A stretch of 64,000 nucleotides of DNA from Candidatus Bathyarchaeota archaeon (GTDB lineage: Archaea; Thermoproteota; Bathyarchaeia; Bathyarchaeales; Bathycorpusculaceae): the NCBI GenBank assembly GCA_963770935.1, contig CAVYRJ010000008.1:160001-224000 (forward strand), written 5' to 3'. Positions within the stretch are counted from its first letter, which is position 1. Each line of letters begins with the position of its first letter. The translations under genes were made by a program, and so were the position numbers. This document shows positions 12,059 through 22,860 of this stretch, in pieces. The notes below the pieces were generated by a model. That model worked only from the letters and a program-made list of their open reading frames with translations, made no database searches and was not told the origin of the DNA.

Positions 12059-13942
12059 TTAAAAAGATACCTCAATACTCCCATTCAAAAGCACCAAAAA
12101 AACAAAAGCAAGAAACACTCCAAGCACCCATAAACGCCTGCCTTTACCCTCAACCCTAGAAGAAACCAACAGAATAACACTATACAGACCCAAACCAGAA
12201 AGAATCACCCAAGGCAGTATGAACAGAAACCGATTAAAAACAAAATCATTCGCAGCAAACAAAATAGACACACAAGCGACACAAATCCAAGAAACAAAGA
12301 AATTAGAAACATTAGACCTAATCCTCAACAAAACAATAAACCCAACAAAAGACAGAAAGACCAAAAGCCCACCAGAAAAAACCCCGCCTAAAGTAATATT
12401 CACTGCATGCCCCAACCCGCTCAAAAGATATGCGGGGTTAGGTAAACCTAAACCCGACTGAGCCGTGACAAATACAGATGCAGTAGACGAGGCAGGAGAT
12501 AATAGTTTACGCATCAAATCGCATAGTAAACCTACACCTATTGTAGCGACAACTAAAATGGCCTGCTTTTTAAACTGACTATACAACCCTCTATCATGGG
12601 TTGCCAAGCGCCATTGCATAAACAGAAACAGGCAAAGACTTAATGCAAAAACAAACCATGTCCAAGAATGCGAAAACAAAACAAGCACCGATACACTCAA
12701 CATAGCAAAGAAGCCTAAGATAGACCAAGAACCCAGAACCCTAAAGAACAAGAGCACATACACAAAAATCAGAATCAAAGCCATCATGTTGGCAAAATAA
12801 CCAGAGTATATTAAGCCTAAACTTTGAAAAGAAAATGGCACAAGTAAAACGCCTAAGACCCAAACCATCCTGTTTTTGCAAAAGAGACGTAACACTAACA
12901 AAGAAACGACTCCCAACAAAACGATTAGAAAAGCAGCTAAGAATTGAACGACATTAACGGTTGAAGTAAAGAAAGACAGGGTATAACATAAAACCAAGAG
13001 CAAAGCCCTATCGTTGCCCAAAGCAAATGATAATGCAGAATTAACATCAATGCTGCGCATATGGTTTATCCAATTATAGTAAACAGCAGAGTCAACGCTG
13101 ACCAACATCCCGGTTGGATTATTCCAAGGTAAAACGGTGAATAAAACAAACAAACACGAGATAATCGACGAAATCAAAACAGCCAAAACAACATATCTAT
13201 CACGGATAAATCCAAAACCACCATCACCACCTCTAAACAAACCTATCAAACTGCCAACAACCCTTTCAGCCCTAATCTTCGCAATTAACTTCGACCATCT
13301 ACCGGGTAAAACTCGAAAAACAAAAGCCCCAACACCACACACGACAAACAACAAATAAATGTAGGGCAAAAACGGATTGGGCAAACTTGAAAAAGACACC
13401 TCTACCCTACTCCAATGCGAACCTAAAGCCTCAGCATCCAAACCCAGAGCAGAAGGAACAGTAAACAAGACAAAACTTGCCATCTCAATAAACAAAACAA
13501 TCAGCAACCCTCCAAAGAGCATTCGCAAAAACAAGGCGCTCCGATGAATGCCGAACATATCAGGAGCAAACACGAAACAAAAGCTCAAAAGAAAGCCACT
13601 TATCAAAACTAAAGACTGGACGCTAACAAAGCCAAGAAACACTAAAAATACCCAAATTGCTATACTGCACAAGAGAACAAGTAGACCTACTCCTGATAAT
13701 TGTCGATGCCCTTTGACATTTCTTAATTTTAAATTAATACCTAACCATGTCAAGACGACAAAAGCAGCGATTCCCCAAACTGCAATATCCAAAGGACCGG
13801 ACAATATGCTTCCACTAACTGTCCGCTCAACCATTGCTCTATTGGATAAAATAAAATATTGAAGGCCGAAGCTGCTAGCTAAGTAAAACAATGCGTAGAC
13901 TAGGCATATGGCAAGGGAGAACTCTGCTGCCCAAAGCAGCAA
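12059..13942 (-). CDS. Large polytopic membrane protein, possibly GT-C-like
   Basis: 627 aa, many TM segments, VSVDSAVYYNW loop, GYFANM, HSWTW. Confidence 0.6.
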   Translation of the reverse strand: MLLWAAEFSLAICLVYALFYLASSFGLQYFILSNRAMVERTVSGSILSGPLDIAVWGIAAFVVLTWLGINLKLRNVKGHRQLSGVGLLVLLCSIAIWVFLVFLGFVSVQSLVLISGFLLSFCFVFAPDMFGIHRSALFLRMLFGGLLIVLFIEMASFVLFTVPSALGLDAEALGSHWSRVEVSFSSLPNPFLPYIYLLFVVCGVGAFVFRVLPGRWSKLIAKIRAERVVGSLIGLFRGGDGGFGFIRDRYVVLAVLISSIISCLFVLFTVLPWNNPTGMLVSVDSAVYYNWINHMRSIDVNSALSFALGNDRALLLVLCYTLSFFTSTVNVVQFLAAFLIVLLGVVSLLVLRLFCKNRMVWVLGVLLVPFSFQSLGLIYSGYFANMMALILIFVYVLLFFRVLGSWSILGFFAMLSVSVLVLFSHSWTWFVFALSLCLFLFMQWRLATHDRGLYSQFKKQAILVVATIGVGLLCDLMRKLLSPASSTASVFVTAQSGLGLPNPAYLLSGLGHAVNITLGGVFSGGLLVFLSFVGFIVLLRIRSNVSNFFVSWICVACVSILFAANDFVFNRFLFILPWVILSGLGLYSVILLVSSRVEGKGRRLWVLGVFLAFVFLVLLNGSIEVSF

Positions 13943-14056
13943 CTTTCTGGTCTACGCGTTTTGTCGGCAACATGCTGTTAACCATTTAGTAAGATACAAG
14001 TAGGTATAGTTTCCCGCTTAAAGCTTACTTAGTTATAATACATTTAGAACTGGATT

Positions 14057-14554
14057 TTAAGCAAGAAAACCTGCTAATTCAACTAACAAACCAATTATCA
14101 ACCCGCCGATTAGCAATCTTAAAGAGAAAGGTAATCGGTTCATACCAAAGAAATCTGAGGAAAATACAACACACAAACTCAAGAGTAAGATGCTAATTGG
14201 AACTATAGCTATCGTACCAACGAAGCCAAAAATAACCGCACATGCTCCAACTGCCATGCTACAGATGGCAACCAACAAACCTATGCCCACGTATGATCGG
14301 TAATAGCCTTTGACCATGTTTAACTCTAAATCGTAGCCTAACCGAGCCAGGATAATGAAGACTGCAATTGCCCAGACAGCTGTACCCAAAGAACCAGTCA
14401 AAATGTCTTGATCAAGGAAATTTAGAGTATTAGCTAAGTAGAATAATGTGTAGACTAAGCATATGGCAAGCGGCACCAACGTTGCCCAAAGCAAAAGATT
14501 TTTCTTGTTAAAGCGTTCTGACATCAACACAGTCAATACATCCGATTTAGTCAA
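14057..14554 (-). CDS. Membrane protein, truncated paralog of the N-terminus of 12059-13942
   Basis: LLWATLVPLAICLVYTLFYLA vs LLWAAEFSLAICLVYALFYLA; AVWAIA vs AVWGIA; LRLLIGGLII vs LRMLFGGLLI. Confidence 0.6.
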   Translation of the reverse strand: MTKSDVLTVLMSERFNKKNLLLWATLVPLAICLVYTLFYLANTLNFLDQDILTGSLGTAVWAIAVFIILARLGYDLELNMVKGYYRSYVGIGLLVAICSMAVGACAVIFGFVGTIAIVPISILLLSLCVVFSSDFFGMNRLPFSLRLLIGGLIIGLLVELAGFLA

Positions 14555-14746
14555 GTAGATACGAAATACCGCTTAAAGCTTACTGATTAAAAATTCATAA
14601 CTCAGATAACAAAAAACGATTTTATTGCAAAGCTCTTCTTAACCCTATGTTTTAGCATGTTATTTCTAAAACCAGAATATTTTCTTTTTAGAAACTTGAC
14701 ATAAAAGCTTGAGGTAATGGCTTTATGTCGAAGGGAATCGGCTTAA

Positions 14747-15016
14747 ATGAAGGATTTGACGAAAGTTGACTTTAGTTTTTATGTACTAGCTGCCGATATC
14801 GGTGCACTCTTACCCATAAATTATATTAACATTGTAATCTTAACTCAGGGAGGTGTAACCCTTTTTGAAAACAACCTATTCATTATCACAGCTGAAGCAG
14901 TCGGTACAATAGCTTTAACGGGATTAAACGTGACGTGGCTTCTAAATAAATTCAAGGTCCTCGCAAAGAAAAAGAAATACGGAATCTTGTTTGAAAATAA
15001 GAAGGACTTTTCATAA
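14747..15016 (+). CDS. Small hypothetical membrane protein
   Basis: 89 aa, ATG start, two hydrophobic stretches, basic tail. Confidence 0.4.
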   Translation: MKDLTKVDFSFYVLAADIGALLPINYINIVILTQGGVTLFENNLFIITAEAVGTIALTGLNVTWLLNKFKVLAKKKKYGILFENKKDFS

Positions 15017-15396
15017 TTTGCAGAGATAAAAACAAAGTGGACGATTTTAGCAAATAAATCCGCCTTGGGACTGTAATGAAGAAACGATAGAATAAGAATA
15101 ACGTCTTATTCGAAAAAATTTGCGTTTCTCTGCTCTCCTCAATTATGCCTGGATACGATGAACACAACATTGACCTGAAGAGTGTTTTGAAATTCGTTTT
15201 CTTATGCACTGGTCCTCCAATAAAGCAAGATAGGGCTGCCGTTACTGCTGTAAACATCAAGACCGCGGCTATAAGGGGTGTAATACGCTTGAACTTTCCA
15301 ATATTCGTGATTCTCATCATATCTCAATATACCATACACTGAACACATTAAACTTACATATTTTTTAACGCTAACACCAATTTAATAGTACATACA

Positions 15397-15981
15397 TTAT
15401 TTTTTCCAAACATCGTCTTCAGGAGCACCTTTTTGTTTTAAGGACAAAATTGCTCCGCAGTAAAGGCATTGTTGAACTATGTTTGATGGCTTAGGCGGTC
15501 CAAAATCTACTATCAGGTCTCCTAGGTAAATTGGTAGTTCAAATTCCCTTCTGCAAGCTGGACAAATCACTTTGCTAGGTTTAATTTTTAATCGATTTTT
15601 CTTTTCTGGCACCATGGATTGAAGGATTTTATCGTTAGGCTCTGTTTTACTAATGGTTTCTTGGGAATTGAGTGGTAAGGGCGTAGTGTTAGATGCACTT
15701 TCCGATTCTTTAACGCCCTCAATGATTTGTGATTTTTGTTCTTTTGGACATAGATCAGCATTACGCTTATCTCTTACAACAATCGTCAGAAAAATTATGG
15801 TCAAAGCGACTGCCATGGCTAAAGCCGCAAAAACAACAATGTCGTTAACGAACACTGGTGTAGGAAATAGATTGAAAACTTTAATGTTTGCAAAAAACAA
15901 TAAACCAATTACAATAATCGCCATAATTAAGAAGAGTATTTGCCCCTTTGAGAATTTCTGCAATTTTGTCAATTGTAACAC
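15397..15981 (-). CDS. Two-TM membrane protein with C-terminal zinc ribbon
   Basis: Two TM helices, then CPAC...CLYC. Confidence 0.6.
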   Translation of the reverse strand: MLQLTKLQKFSKGQILFLIMAIIVIGLLFFANIKVFNLFPTPVFVNDIVVFAALAMAVALTIIFLTIVVRDKRNADLCPKEQKSQIIEGVKESESASNTTPLPLNSQETISKTEPNDKILQSMVPEKKNRLKIKPSKVICPACRREFELPIYLGDLIVDFGPPKPSNIVQQCLYCGAILSLKQKGAPEDDVWKK

Positions 15982-16316
15982 TCGAATAAGCTATTGAAGA
16001 CTAATCAATAAGAATTTTGGCTTTCTTGATCTTAATCTCGAGAAGACATTAAAACACAAAAGACTCAAAATAAGCGTTAAAAAACACGCCGCATGTAACC
16101 CAAGACAATGGTTGACTAAATTTCCTCGTGAGAAAAATTGTTGTTGTTACTGCTGCTGCAACTGCTGCAACTTTTTTCCTGCCCATGTGTTGCAGCAACT
16201 ACAGAATTTAAACCGAATTAAATAACTTACCCTTAACCGAAAAGGCGACTTTTATCCACATAATACTTGAATCTTAATCAAAGCTCTCAACAGCATTTTT
16301 AACTGTCAAAATTCAC

Positions 16317-17598
16317 CTATTTTCCAGAATTTTCTTTGATTAGTTCTTCAAGGATTTCTTTGGCTCGATCTACGCGAACTTTGCGTTCCTTAACCATTCG
16401 CTCTGCAACAAAATCTATTTGTGCATTTTTGGCACCTGCTGTAACAGCGATGTTTCTTGCGTGAAGTGACATATGCCCTCGCTGAATACCTTCATTGGAT
16501 AAAGCTCTTAACGCACCTAGGTTTTGGGCTAAGCCTACTGCTGCCAGGACTTCACCAAACTCGTTAGCGGACTTGACATTGAGGATTTTCATTGCAATTC
16601 GGGCAATTGGATGAGTTTTTACTGCGCCACCAATTAAGCCCACAGCCATCGGCAACTCGATTAAGCCTTCTAAGTCTCCGTTTGCATTCTTTGTCCATTT
16701 CGATAAAGATGTGTATGGCCCATTAAATGCAGCGTAAGCGTGTGCTCCTGCCTCAATTGCTCGGTGGTCGTTGCCAGTCGCTAAAACCACAGCGATTATT
16801 CCGTTAAGGGCTCCCTTATTGTGTGTGGCTGCACGGTAGGGGTCAGCGGCTGCAAAAGCGGAGGCATAAGCAATTCCATCCACGACTTCCTCTCCACCCA
16901 ACGCTTCTTTGGGAACAGTGCACCAAGCTTTTGCAAGGCGCTTTACTGCTAGATTGGAGATTATTCTAAGGTAAACATGTCCACCTGTAAGTTGCTCAAT
17001 TTCTGGTGCAATTGCCTCCGCCATCGTGTTAACTGCATTCGCACCCATTGCATCTCGGCAATCAACAAACAAATGAACAATGAGCATTTGACCCATACTT
17101 GTTTCAATGACTCGGGCGTCTAAGTCTTTAGCTCCTCCGCCAAACGAATTAAGAACTGGGTCTTGGTCATTTGCTTTCTTAAGCAGATCTAATTTTGCGT
17201 CTAAAACTTGGTTCTCTAGCGGTTTTTGCGTCTTTGATTTTTACAACTTGGATTTGCCCAATCATTACTGGTGCCGTACTGCTTGTGTGAAATCCTCCAC
17301 CATCACGAACCATCTTAGCTGCGTAGCTGGCTGCTGCAATAACGCTTGGCTCTTCAGTTGCCATAGGGATAAGGTAGTCTTTGCCGTTGATTTGGAAGTT
17401 AACGCCAACGCCCATGGGCTCTGGGAAGACGCCGATGAAGTTTTCCACCATATGGTCCGCAACATCCATTGGCAAAGAACAAGTTTCCTGAAGTAAACAC
17501 GCCTCTTCCTCGGTTAAGCCCGCAAAATCCTTTATGATTGCAAGTCGCTCTTTTGGCGAGAGCTTGTAGAAACCTGAGATTACAGATGACTTAGCCAT
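16317..17598 (-). CDS. mvaA: Class II (bacterial-type) hydroxymethylglutaryl-CoA reductase, frameshift near 17200
   Basis: ENFIG, PMATEEPSVIAAAS in 17179-17598; DAMGANAVNT, RAATHNKG, GNDHRAIEAG, EGIQRGHMSLH in 16317-17096. Confidence 0.93.
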
Positions 17599-17674
17599 TC
17601 CTTACCACTGTGCAACTAGCTGTTTGGGTTTTCGCATTTAAACTTTAACCAAAGCTCAGCCCAAAGGATTGTGC

Positions 17675-18694
17675 TTACAGGGTAGTTTGACCGTTTGTTC
17701 GGGGCATTGCAATAGCGGAAACGCCTAAGCGCTTATTGATTTCCTTAGCTAACGCATCGCCGTTGCTTCGGAAGTTATCAGTGATAACCTGCTTTGCTTT
17801 GGAGCGCTTAACGTATTCGATTAACCCGTCAAAATCCGAGTGGTCACTGAGCGCCACCAAATGCTCTCTATCTCCGATTTGTCTGCAGGGCGAATGAAAC
17901 TCCCAACCGCTGACACAAATACGTGCATTCCGCAAACCCACATGTTGCCGCGAATTCATATGATAAAACGCTACGCAGGGTAGATTTCCATCTAAAAGTT
18001 CATGTCCGTCTTTATCAGTCGACAACGAGAGGCATCCAAGGCGCATCCCATGTTTCTCACAAACCTTCGTAACCTCAAAAACACGTTCAGGCATGACAAA
18101 AGGCACTTCAACGTCTGCTTTGCGCAGAATTTGCATAATTTCTTGAAGTTTGCCATGGTAACCAAACACATAAACTGAGCCGCCTCGAAGCCGTTTCTCA
18201 ATCATCGAAACCAAAAGTTCCCGCACATCAATGTCAAAATTGCGCCTACACGAAGGACTCCCATACGTCGCTTCAACAACCAAAACATCGCATTCGACAA
18301 CCGGTGTCCCATCCAGCCTAAAATCGCCAGTCCAAACAATACGTATACCCCCAGCATCCTCAACCAAAACCTGTGCAGCACCCAAAATGTGATCAGCTTT
18401 GAGGAGACTGATTTTCTCATCTTTGTACTTGAGAACTTTACCGTACTCGAGAGTTTTTATTGATGCCGAGCCTTTGAGCTTAAGCGATCCATTAAGGGTT
18501 TGCGTAAGATCTCTTGTGGCTTTAGTCATCAAAACCTTCTCACAACGCTTCAAGCTACTGCGCAAACCGTATAGGTGGTCTGCATGTGCATGGGTTACAA
18601 CCCTAAGAGGTCTTGATGCGTCGTGAGCGTCGCAGGCGACACTGTCACCTAGCAAAACAGCGCCACTCTTAGTTACCAGAGCCCTTTCAGCCAA
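17675..18694 (-). CDS. Metallo-beta-lactamase fold (beta-CASP-like) nuclease
   Basis: THAHADH, HILGAA, TGDF, EATYG, SDHSDF motifs. Confidence 0.85.
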   Translation of the reverse strand: MAERALVTKSGAVLLGDSVACDAHDASRPLRVVTHAHADHLYGLRSSLKRCEKVLMTKATRDLTQTLNGSLKLKGSASIKTLEYGKVLKYKDEKISLLKADHILGAAQVLVEDAGGIRIVWTGDFRLDGTPVVECDVLVVEATYGSPSCRRNFDIDVRELLVSMIEKRLRGGSVYVFGYHGKLQEIMQILRKADVEVPFVMPERVFEVTKVCEKHGMRLGCLSLSTDKDGHELLDGNLPCVAFYHMNSRQHVGLRNARICVSGWEFHSPCRQIGDREHLVALSDHSDFDGLIEYVKRSKAKQVITDNFRSNGDALAKEINKRLGVSAIAMPRTNGQTTL

Positions 18695-18712
18695 GCCTTA
18701 TCCGTCTGCCAT

Positions 18713-19111
18713 CTAAGTTTTTTCTGCCAGCCACTCAATTAATTGCTGTGGATTATCTGTCTCTATACTGACTCTTATTGGACCCAGCGGTGATTCGGCG
18801 GTTTCCTCCGAGAAAGAAACGTGCCCTGCAAAAGCTACCTGCTTGTTTAAACAAAAGGAAATCATGTTTCCACGGATTGATTTGAAGAACAATTTTCTGG
18901 ATGCATCACGGATCCGATCATTACTCAGTAGGTTACGGAGTTTAATGAGTGAATCTTGCCCCTTTGCTAAAGCGGTTAAGGTGCTGCCTTTGAGGGAGGG
19001 CTTAATTGATATGGCGGTATTGCTTAAAACGTTGTTCACTGCCGCTTTAACGTTGTCTTCGCTTTCAGTGGGGTAAATTTCCGTTTCCACAAAAACTCTT
19101 ACTTCAGCCAT
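18713..19111 (-). CDS. UPF0201/DUF54 putative RNA-binding protein
   Basis: PTESEDNVKAA, RIRDASR, LNKQVAFAG, SPLGPI. Confidence 0.85.
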   Translation of the reverse strand: MAEVRVFVETEIYPTESEDNVKAAVNNVLSNTAISIKPSLKGSTLTALAKGQDSLIKLRNLLSNDRIRDASRKLFFKSIRGNMISFCLNKQVAFAGHVSFSEETAESPLGPIRVSIETDNPQQLIEWLAEKT

Positions 19112-19665
19112 TTCTCCTCAACCCTCTTCAAAGACTCTTTCACTTTAGATTTAACCTGTTCGAAACTATTATCATTCACTATCATCTGTCCAGCCATCGC
19201 TATAACATTTCCCAACCCAACACTAAGCTCACGCATGTCGCGTTCATAGAAAACTTTCCATTCAGCGGTATCGTCGCTACGACGGCGGTTGGATAAGCGG
19301 TTAAAACGTGTTTCGGGAGAAGCATGAACTGCAAGGAGGCTGAATTTTGAAAAATGTTTTTTGAAAATGTCGGCTTCGTGGAGGCTTCTTAACCCGTCAA
19401 CTAGCACTTTGGGGCTGGTTTGTTCTTCAATTTTTGGAATGCATTTCTCGGCGATAACATAGTTCCCGCCTTCTTCTCGCAGTTGCAACATAACTTTTCC
19501 TACATTCTGAGGAGTCAATTCTAAACCTCGTTTAAGCGTTTCTTGCCTAATCACGTCGCCCATAACCACAATGTCGTAGCCCAGTTCGCGTGCTGTATCA
19601 ACGACAATTGATTTCCCTGAACCAGGCATCCCTGCTAAACCAATAACTAGTTTGTCAGCGGTCAC
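19099..19665 (-). CDS. UPF0200 P-loop kinase (dephospho-CoA-kinase-like)
   Basis: GMPGSGKS, MGDVIR, DGLRS, RDMRELSVG. Confidence 0.85.
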   Translation of the reverse strand: MTADKLVIGLAGMPGSGKSIVVDTARELGYDIVVMGDVIRQETLKRGLELTPQNVGKVMLQLREEGGNYVIAEKCIPKIEEQTSPKVLVDGLRSLHEADIFKKHFSKFSLLAVHASPETRFNRLSNRRRSDDTAEWKVFYERDMRELSVGLGNVIAMAGQMIVNDNSFEQVKSKVKESLKRVEEKWLK

Positions 19666-19964
19666 GTAACTTACCTTTTTGGTTCATATTAGCAAGCGTC
19701 TCCATTAAAAGAGTTTGTTTTTAAAATAGAGTTGCAAACTATTTCGTTTTCTTCTGACTATATAAATTAAAATGATTCCACTAAGACAATAAAGTCACTT
19801 GTCCACTATTTTAATGGTAACAAAAACCAGAGCTTATACAAATATCCAAAAAACATCTCTTGCCAGCACAGATTTTTTGTATTTTTCAATGCGATTAATT
19901 ATAAATCAAGTCTCCTGCGCTATTCTGTTAAGAACAAATATACTGTTTAGTTGTTGTTTGAGGA

Positions 19965-20711
19965 TTGAGGGTTATGGTCGAGAGCGAAACAAATAATGAA
20001 ACATCAGTGGAATTCAACGCTGCGGTTAAGCTAAAAAACGCAATTTCTTTTAAAAACGCAGGAAAATACGAAAGCGCCTTAATGTCAATCGAAGAAGCCA
20101 TAGCGCTTCAAGAAAATTATGTTGATGCTTGGATTATGAAAGGAGTAATCTTGGGTCAGTGGGGAAGATGCGCTGAATCCTTAAAATGCTACGACAAAAT
20201 ACTTGAGATTGATCCTCGCTGTGCAAACGCGTGGCATCTTAAGGCCGCCACATTTAGCATGCAGAATCGGTATGACCAAGCCGTCGATTGCGAGATTAAA
20301 GCAATTGAGATTGAGCCAGAAAACATGGATCTTTATTTGCGCTTGGCAGCGTTTTATCAAAAACTAAAAAAGTTTGAAGACGCCCAAAAATGCTACGAAG
20401 AATTACTAAAACAGAAACCTAACAACCCACAAATCCACTATCTAATCGGAATTTCCCACGGAAACAGGGGCGATTTCCAAAAAGCGCTAGATTCAATTGA
20501 CCGAGCTTTAGGGTTAAAGGCTGATTTTACTGAGGCTTTAATTGTTAAAGGGGTTCTTTTAGCGAAACTTGGCAGAGCAGATGAAGCTAAACTTTGCGCA
20601 GACAAAGTGTTGGAAATAAAAAATGAGTCAGAGAAGCCAAAGCCCGCTCAATCGAACTTGCCTAACTATTTCCAAAAAGATTTTTCATCTACCCAAACCT
20701 CAAAAAAGTAA
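19965..20711 (+). CDS. Tetratricopeptide repeat protein
   Basis: Several TPR-like repeats (AWIMKG, AWHLKA, IHYLIG, ALIVKG). Confidence 0.85.
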   Translation: MRVMVESETNNETSVEFNAAVKLKNAISFKNAGKYESALMSIEEAIALQENYVDAWIMKGVILGQWGRCAESLKCYDKILEIDPRCANAWHLKAATFSMQNRYDQAVDCEIKAIEIEPENMDLYLRLAAFYQKLKKFEDAQKCYEELLKQKPNNPQIHYLIGISHGNRGDFQKALDSIDRALGLKADFTEALIVKGVLLAKLGRADEAKLCADKVLEIKNESEKPKPAQSNLPNYFQKDFSSTQTSKK

Positions 20712-20831
20712 AAACCAAAATCGAATGGAAGAAAAGATAATGAACAAACGTGGGTGCATCTCCAGAAAGAAACGAATAATTTAAAAAGCATTTATGATGG
20801 TTATGTGTTAAAATTACTTGAAGGAACAATA

Positions 20832-21395
20832 ATGTCTGAGCAAATAAGAAGCTTCATCGCTTTCGATATTAAAAACGACAACGTTTTAAACAGGCTTGCT
20901 GCAGCGCAAAAACTGTTAATTCAAACAAACGCAGATCTAAAACTAGTAGAGCCAGCTAACATCCATATCACGTTGCGTTTTCTTGGCGGAATCAGCCCTG
21001 AAATGGTAGAGAAAGTCCACGCAGCAATGAAGAATGTTAAGTTTAATCCTTTCAACGTTGGACTCCGTGGGTTAGGAGTTTTTCCAACGCTCAACTATCC
21101 ACGGGTGGTTTGGGCAGGAATAACAGATGGAGCGGATCAACTCAAAAGCATCTTTGAGCAGCTTGAACCCCAAATCCACGAGTTAGGTTTCGCGCCAGAC
21201 CCCAACGGGTTTAGTCCACATTTAACTATCGCACGTGTCCGATCAGGGGCAAACAAGCAGCGGCTAGTGGACCTTGTCACAAAACAAGCAAATTACGATT
21301 TCGGCATTATAAGAGCAGATTGTTTAAGGCTTAAAAAAAGTCAAATTTCCCCCAGAGGTCCTATTTACTCAACGCTCAAAGAATATTGCCCCTAA
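20832..21395 (+). CDS. thpR: RNA 2',3'-cyclic phosphodiesterase (2H family)
   Basis: RSFIAF, HITLRFLG, PRVVWAG, PHLTIAR; ATG at 20832 is the likely start. Confidence 0.92.
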   Translation: MSEQIRSFIAFDIKNDNVLNRLAAAQKLLIQTNADLKLVEPANIHITLRFLGGISPEMVEKVHAAMKNVKFNPFNVGLRGLGVFPTLNYPRVVWAGITDGADQLKSIFEQLEPQIHELGFAPDPNGFSPHLTIARVRSGANKQRLVDLVTKQANYDFGIIRADCLRLKKSQISPRGPIYSTLKEYCP

Positions 21396-21405
21396 ATGAT
21401 AAGCC

Positions 21406-22827
21406 ATGGAAAACGAAATTAACTCCCTGATTAAACGGATTCTAAAAAAAATTACGCCGAAAAAAGAAGATTACGCAAAAGTTGAGGCTTTAACCAAAGC
21501 TTTAGAGAAGAAAATCACTTCAGCTTGTCAACAAGAAGGCATAGATGCAGTGGTACGTGTTGAAGGCTCAGTTGCCAAAGACACATGGCTTAGCGAGAAT
21601 CTTGACATAGACATTTTCATTCGCCTCCCCACTTCAATACCAAGAAAAAACTTTGACGATGTTGGTTTAAGAATCGCAAAAAAAGCAGCTGACGGAGCAA
21701 AGCAAGTTGAACGTTTCGCTGAGCACCCCTACCTTGAAATCTTCATAGACAATTACCGAGTCGACATTGTACCCTGCTATGATGCTAAGCCCGGCGAGTG
21801 GCAAAGCGCAACAGATCGAACACCCTACCACACGGACTACATAAAATCCCACTTGAGCAAGGAGTTGCTTGGTGAAGTTCGGCTCCTCAAAAAGTTCATG
21901 GCAGGCACAGGTGTTTATGGAGCGGAGATTAAAGTTGGCGGCTTTAGCGGGTACCTCTGCGAACTTTTAATAATGAAATATGGCTCCTTCATCCAAACCA
22001 TACGTGCCTTTGCAAAGTACAACCAAAGAGTAGTAATCGATATAGAAGGCTTTTATGCGGACCGAGAAAACGAAATCTCACTGCTTTTTCCTGAGCCTTT
22101 AGCAGTTGTTGACCCAATCGATAAAGGCAGAAATGTCGCTTCAGCAGTGCAACCCCAAAAACTTTACACCTTTATTGGGGCAGCAAGAGCATTCCTGAAA
22201 AATCCATCAGAAGCCTTCTTTTACCCACCTAAACCTGAGGTTTTATCTGCCGAAGCATTGACAAAGAAGCTTGGAAGCCAAGGTTCATCCACCGTGTTTC
22301 TTGTTATAGGCGAGTTAAATGCGGTCCCAGACGTGTTGTGGGGGCAACTGTACAGGTCCAAGCGTTCCCTGCGGACATTGCTGGAACTAAATGATTACAA
22401 AGTTCTAAAAGATGCAGTTTGGAGCAACGAGAAATCCATGAGCGTTTTTATCTTTGAGCTTGAACAGCAAGTTTTGCCCAACATAAAGAAGCATTTGGGT
22501 CCGCCCCTTGAACGGCAAGCCGAATGCGAGAAATATCTTGCCAAATATGCTGGGAATGAACGGGTGATTTCTGGACCCTACATTGAAGATGGACGCTGGA
22601 TGGTAGTGCTGACTCGCAAAACCACTGACGCAGCCGCGCTTCTTAAGGAGAAGTTGGCGGATGGAGGCAAAAACGCTGGCGTCGCCGATTTGATCGCAAA
22701 AGCTATCCAGAAAAACCTCAAAGTCCTCATTAATAGCGAAGTGCTGGAAGTTTATGAGACAAATAGAGATATTGCAGAGTTTTTGACCGAGTTTCTCTTG
22801 GGCAAACCCTTCTGGTTTAAAAACTAA
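21406..22827 (+). CDS. cca: Archaeal CCA-adding enzyme
   Basis: GSVAKDTWL..DIDIF, AEHPY, DRTPYH, GFSGYLCELL. Confidence 0.95.
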   Translation: MENEINSLIKRILKKITPKKEDYAKVEALTKALEKKITSACQQEGIDAVVRVEGSVAKDTWLSENLDIDIFIRLPTSIPRKNFDDVGLRIAKKAADGAKQVERFAEHPYLEIFIDNYRVDIVPCYDAKPGEWQSATDRTPYHTDYIKSHLSKELLGEVRLLKKFMAGTGVYGAEIKVGGFSGYLCELLIMKYGSFIQTIRAFAKYNQRVVIDIEGFYADRENEISLLFPEPLAVVDPIDKGRNVASAVQPQKLYTFIGAARAFLKNPSEAFFYPPKPEVLSAEALTKKLGSQGSSTVFLVIGELNAVPDVLWGQLYRSKRSLRTLLELNDYKVLKDAVWSNEKSMSVFIFELEQQVLPNIKKHLGPPLERQAECEKYLAKYAGNERVISGPYIEDGRWMVVLTRKTTDAAALLKEKLADGGKNAGVADLIAKAIQKNLKVLINSEVLEVYETNRDIAEFLTEFLLGKPFWFKN

Positions 22828-22860
22828 TAAAGCGGGGTTTTGCCGCTCGTTCAAAGCTTC

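Noticed and set aside
16049-16200. TGCTGCAAC/GTTGCAGCA inverted repeat and a 45-aa minus-strand ORF downstream of mvaA
   Set aside because: Short trinucleotide-like repeats can form this by chance; no recognisable family.
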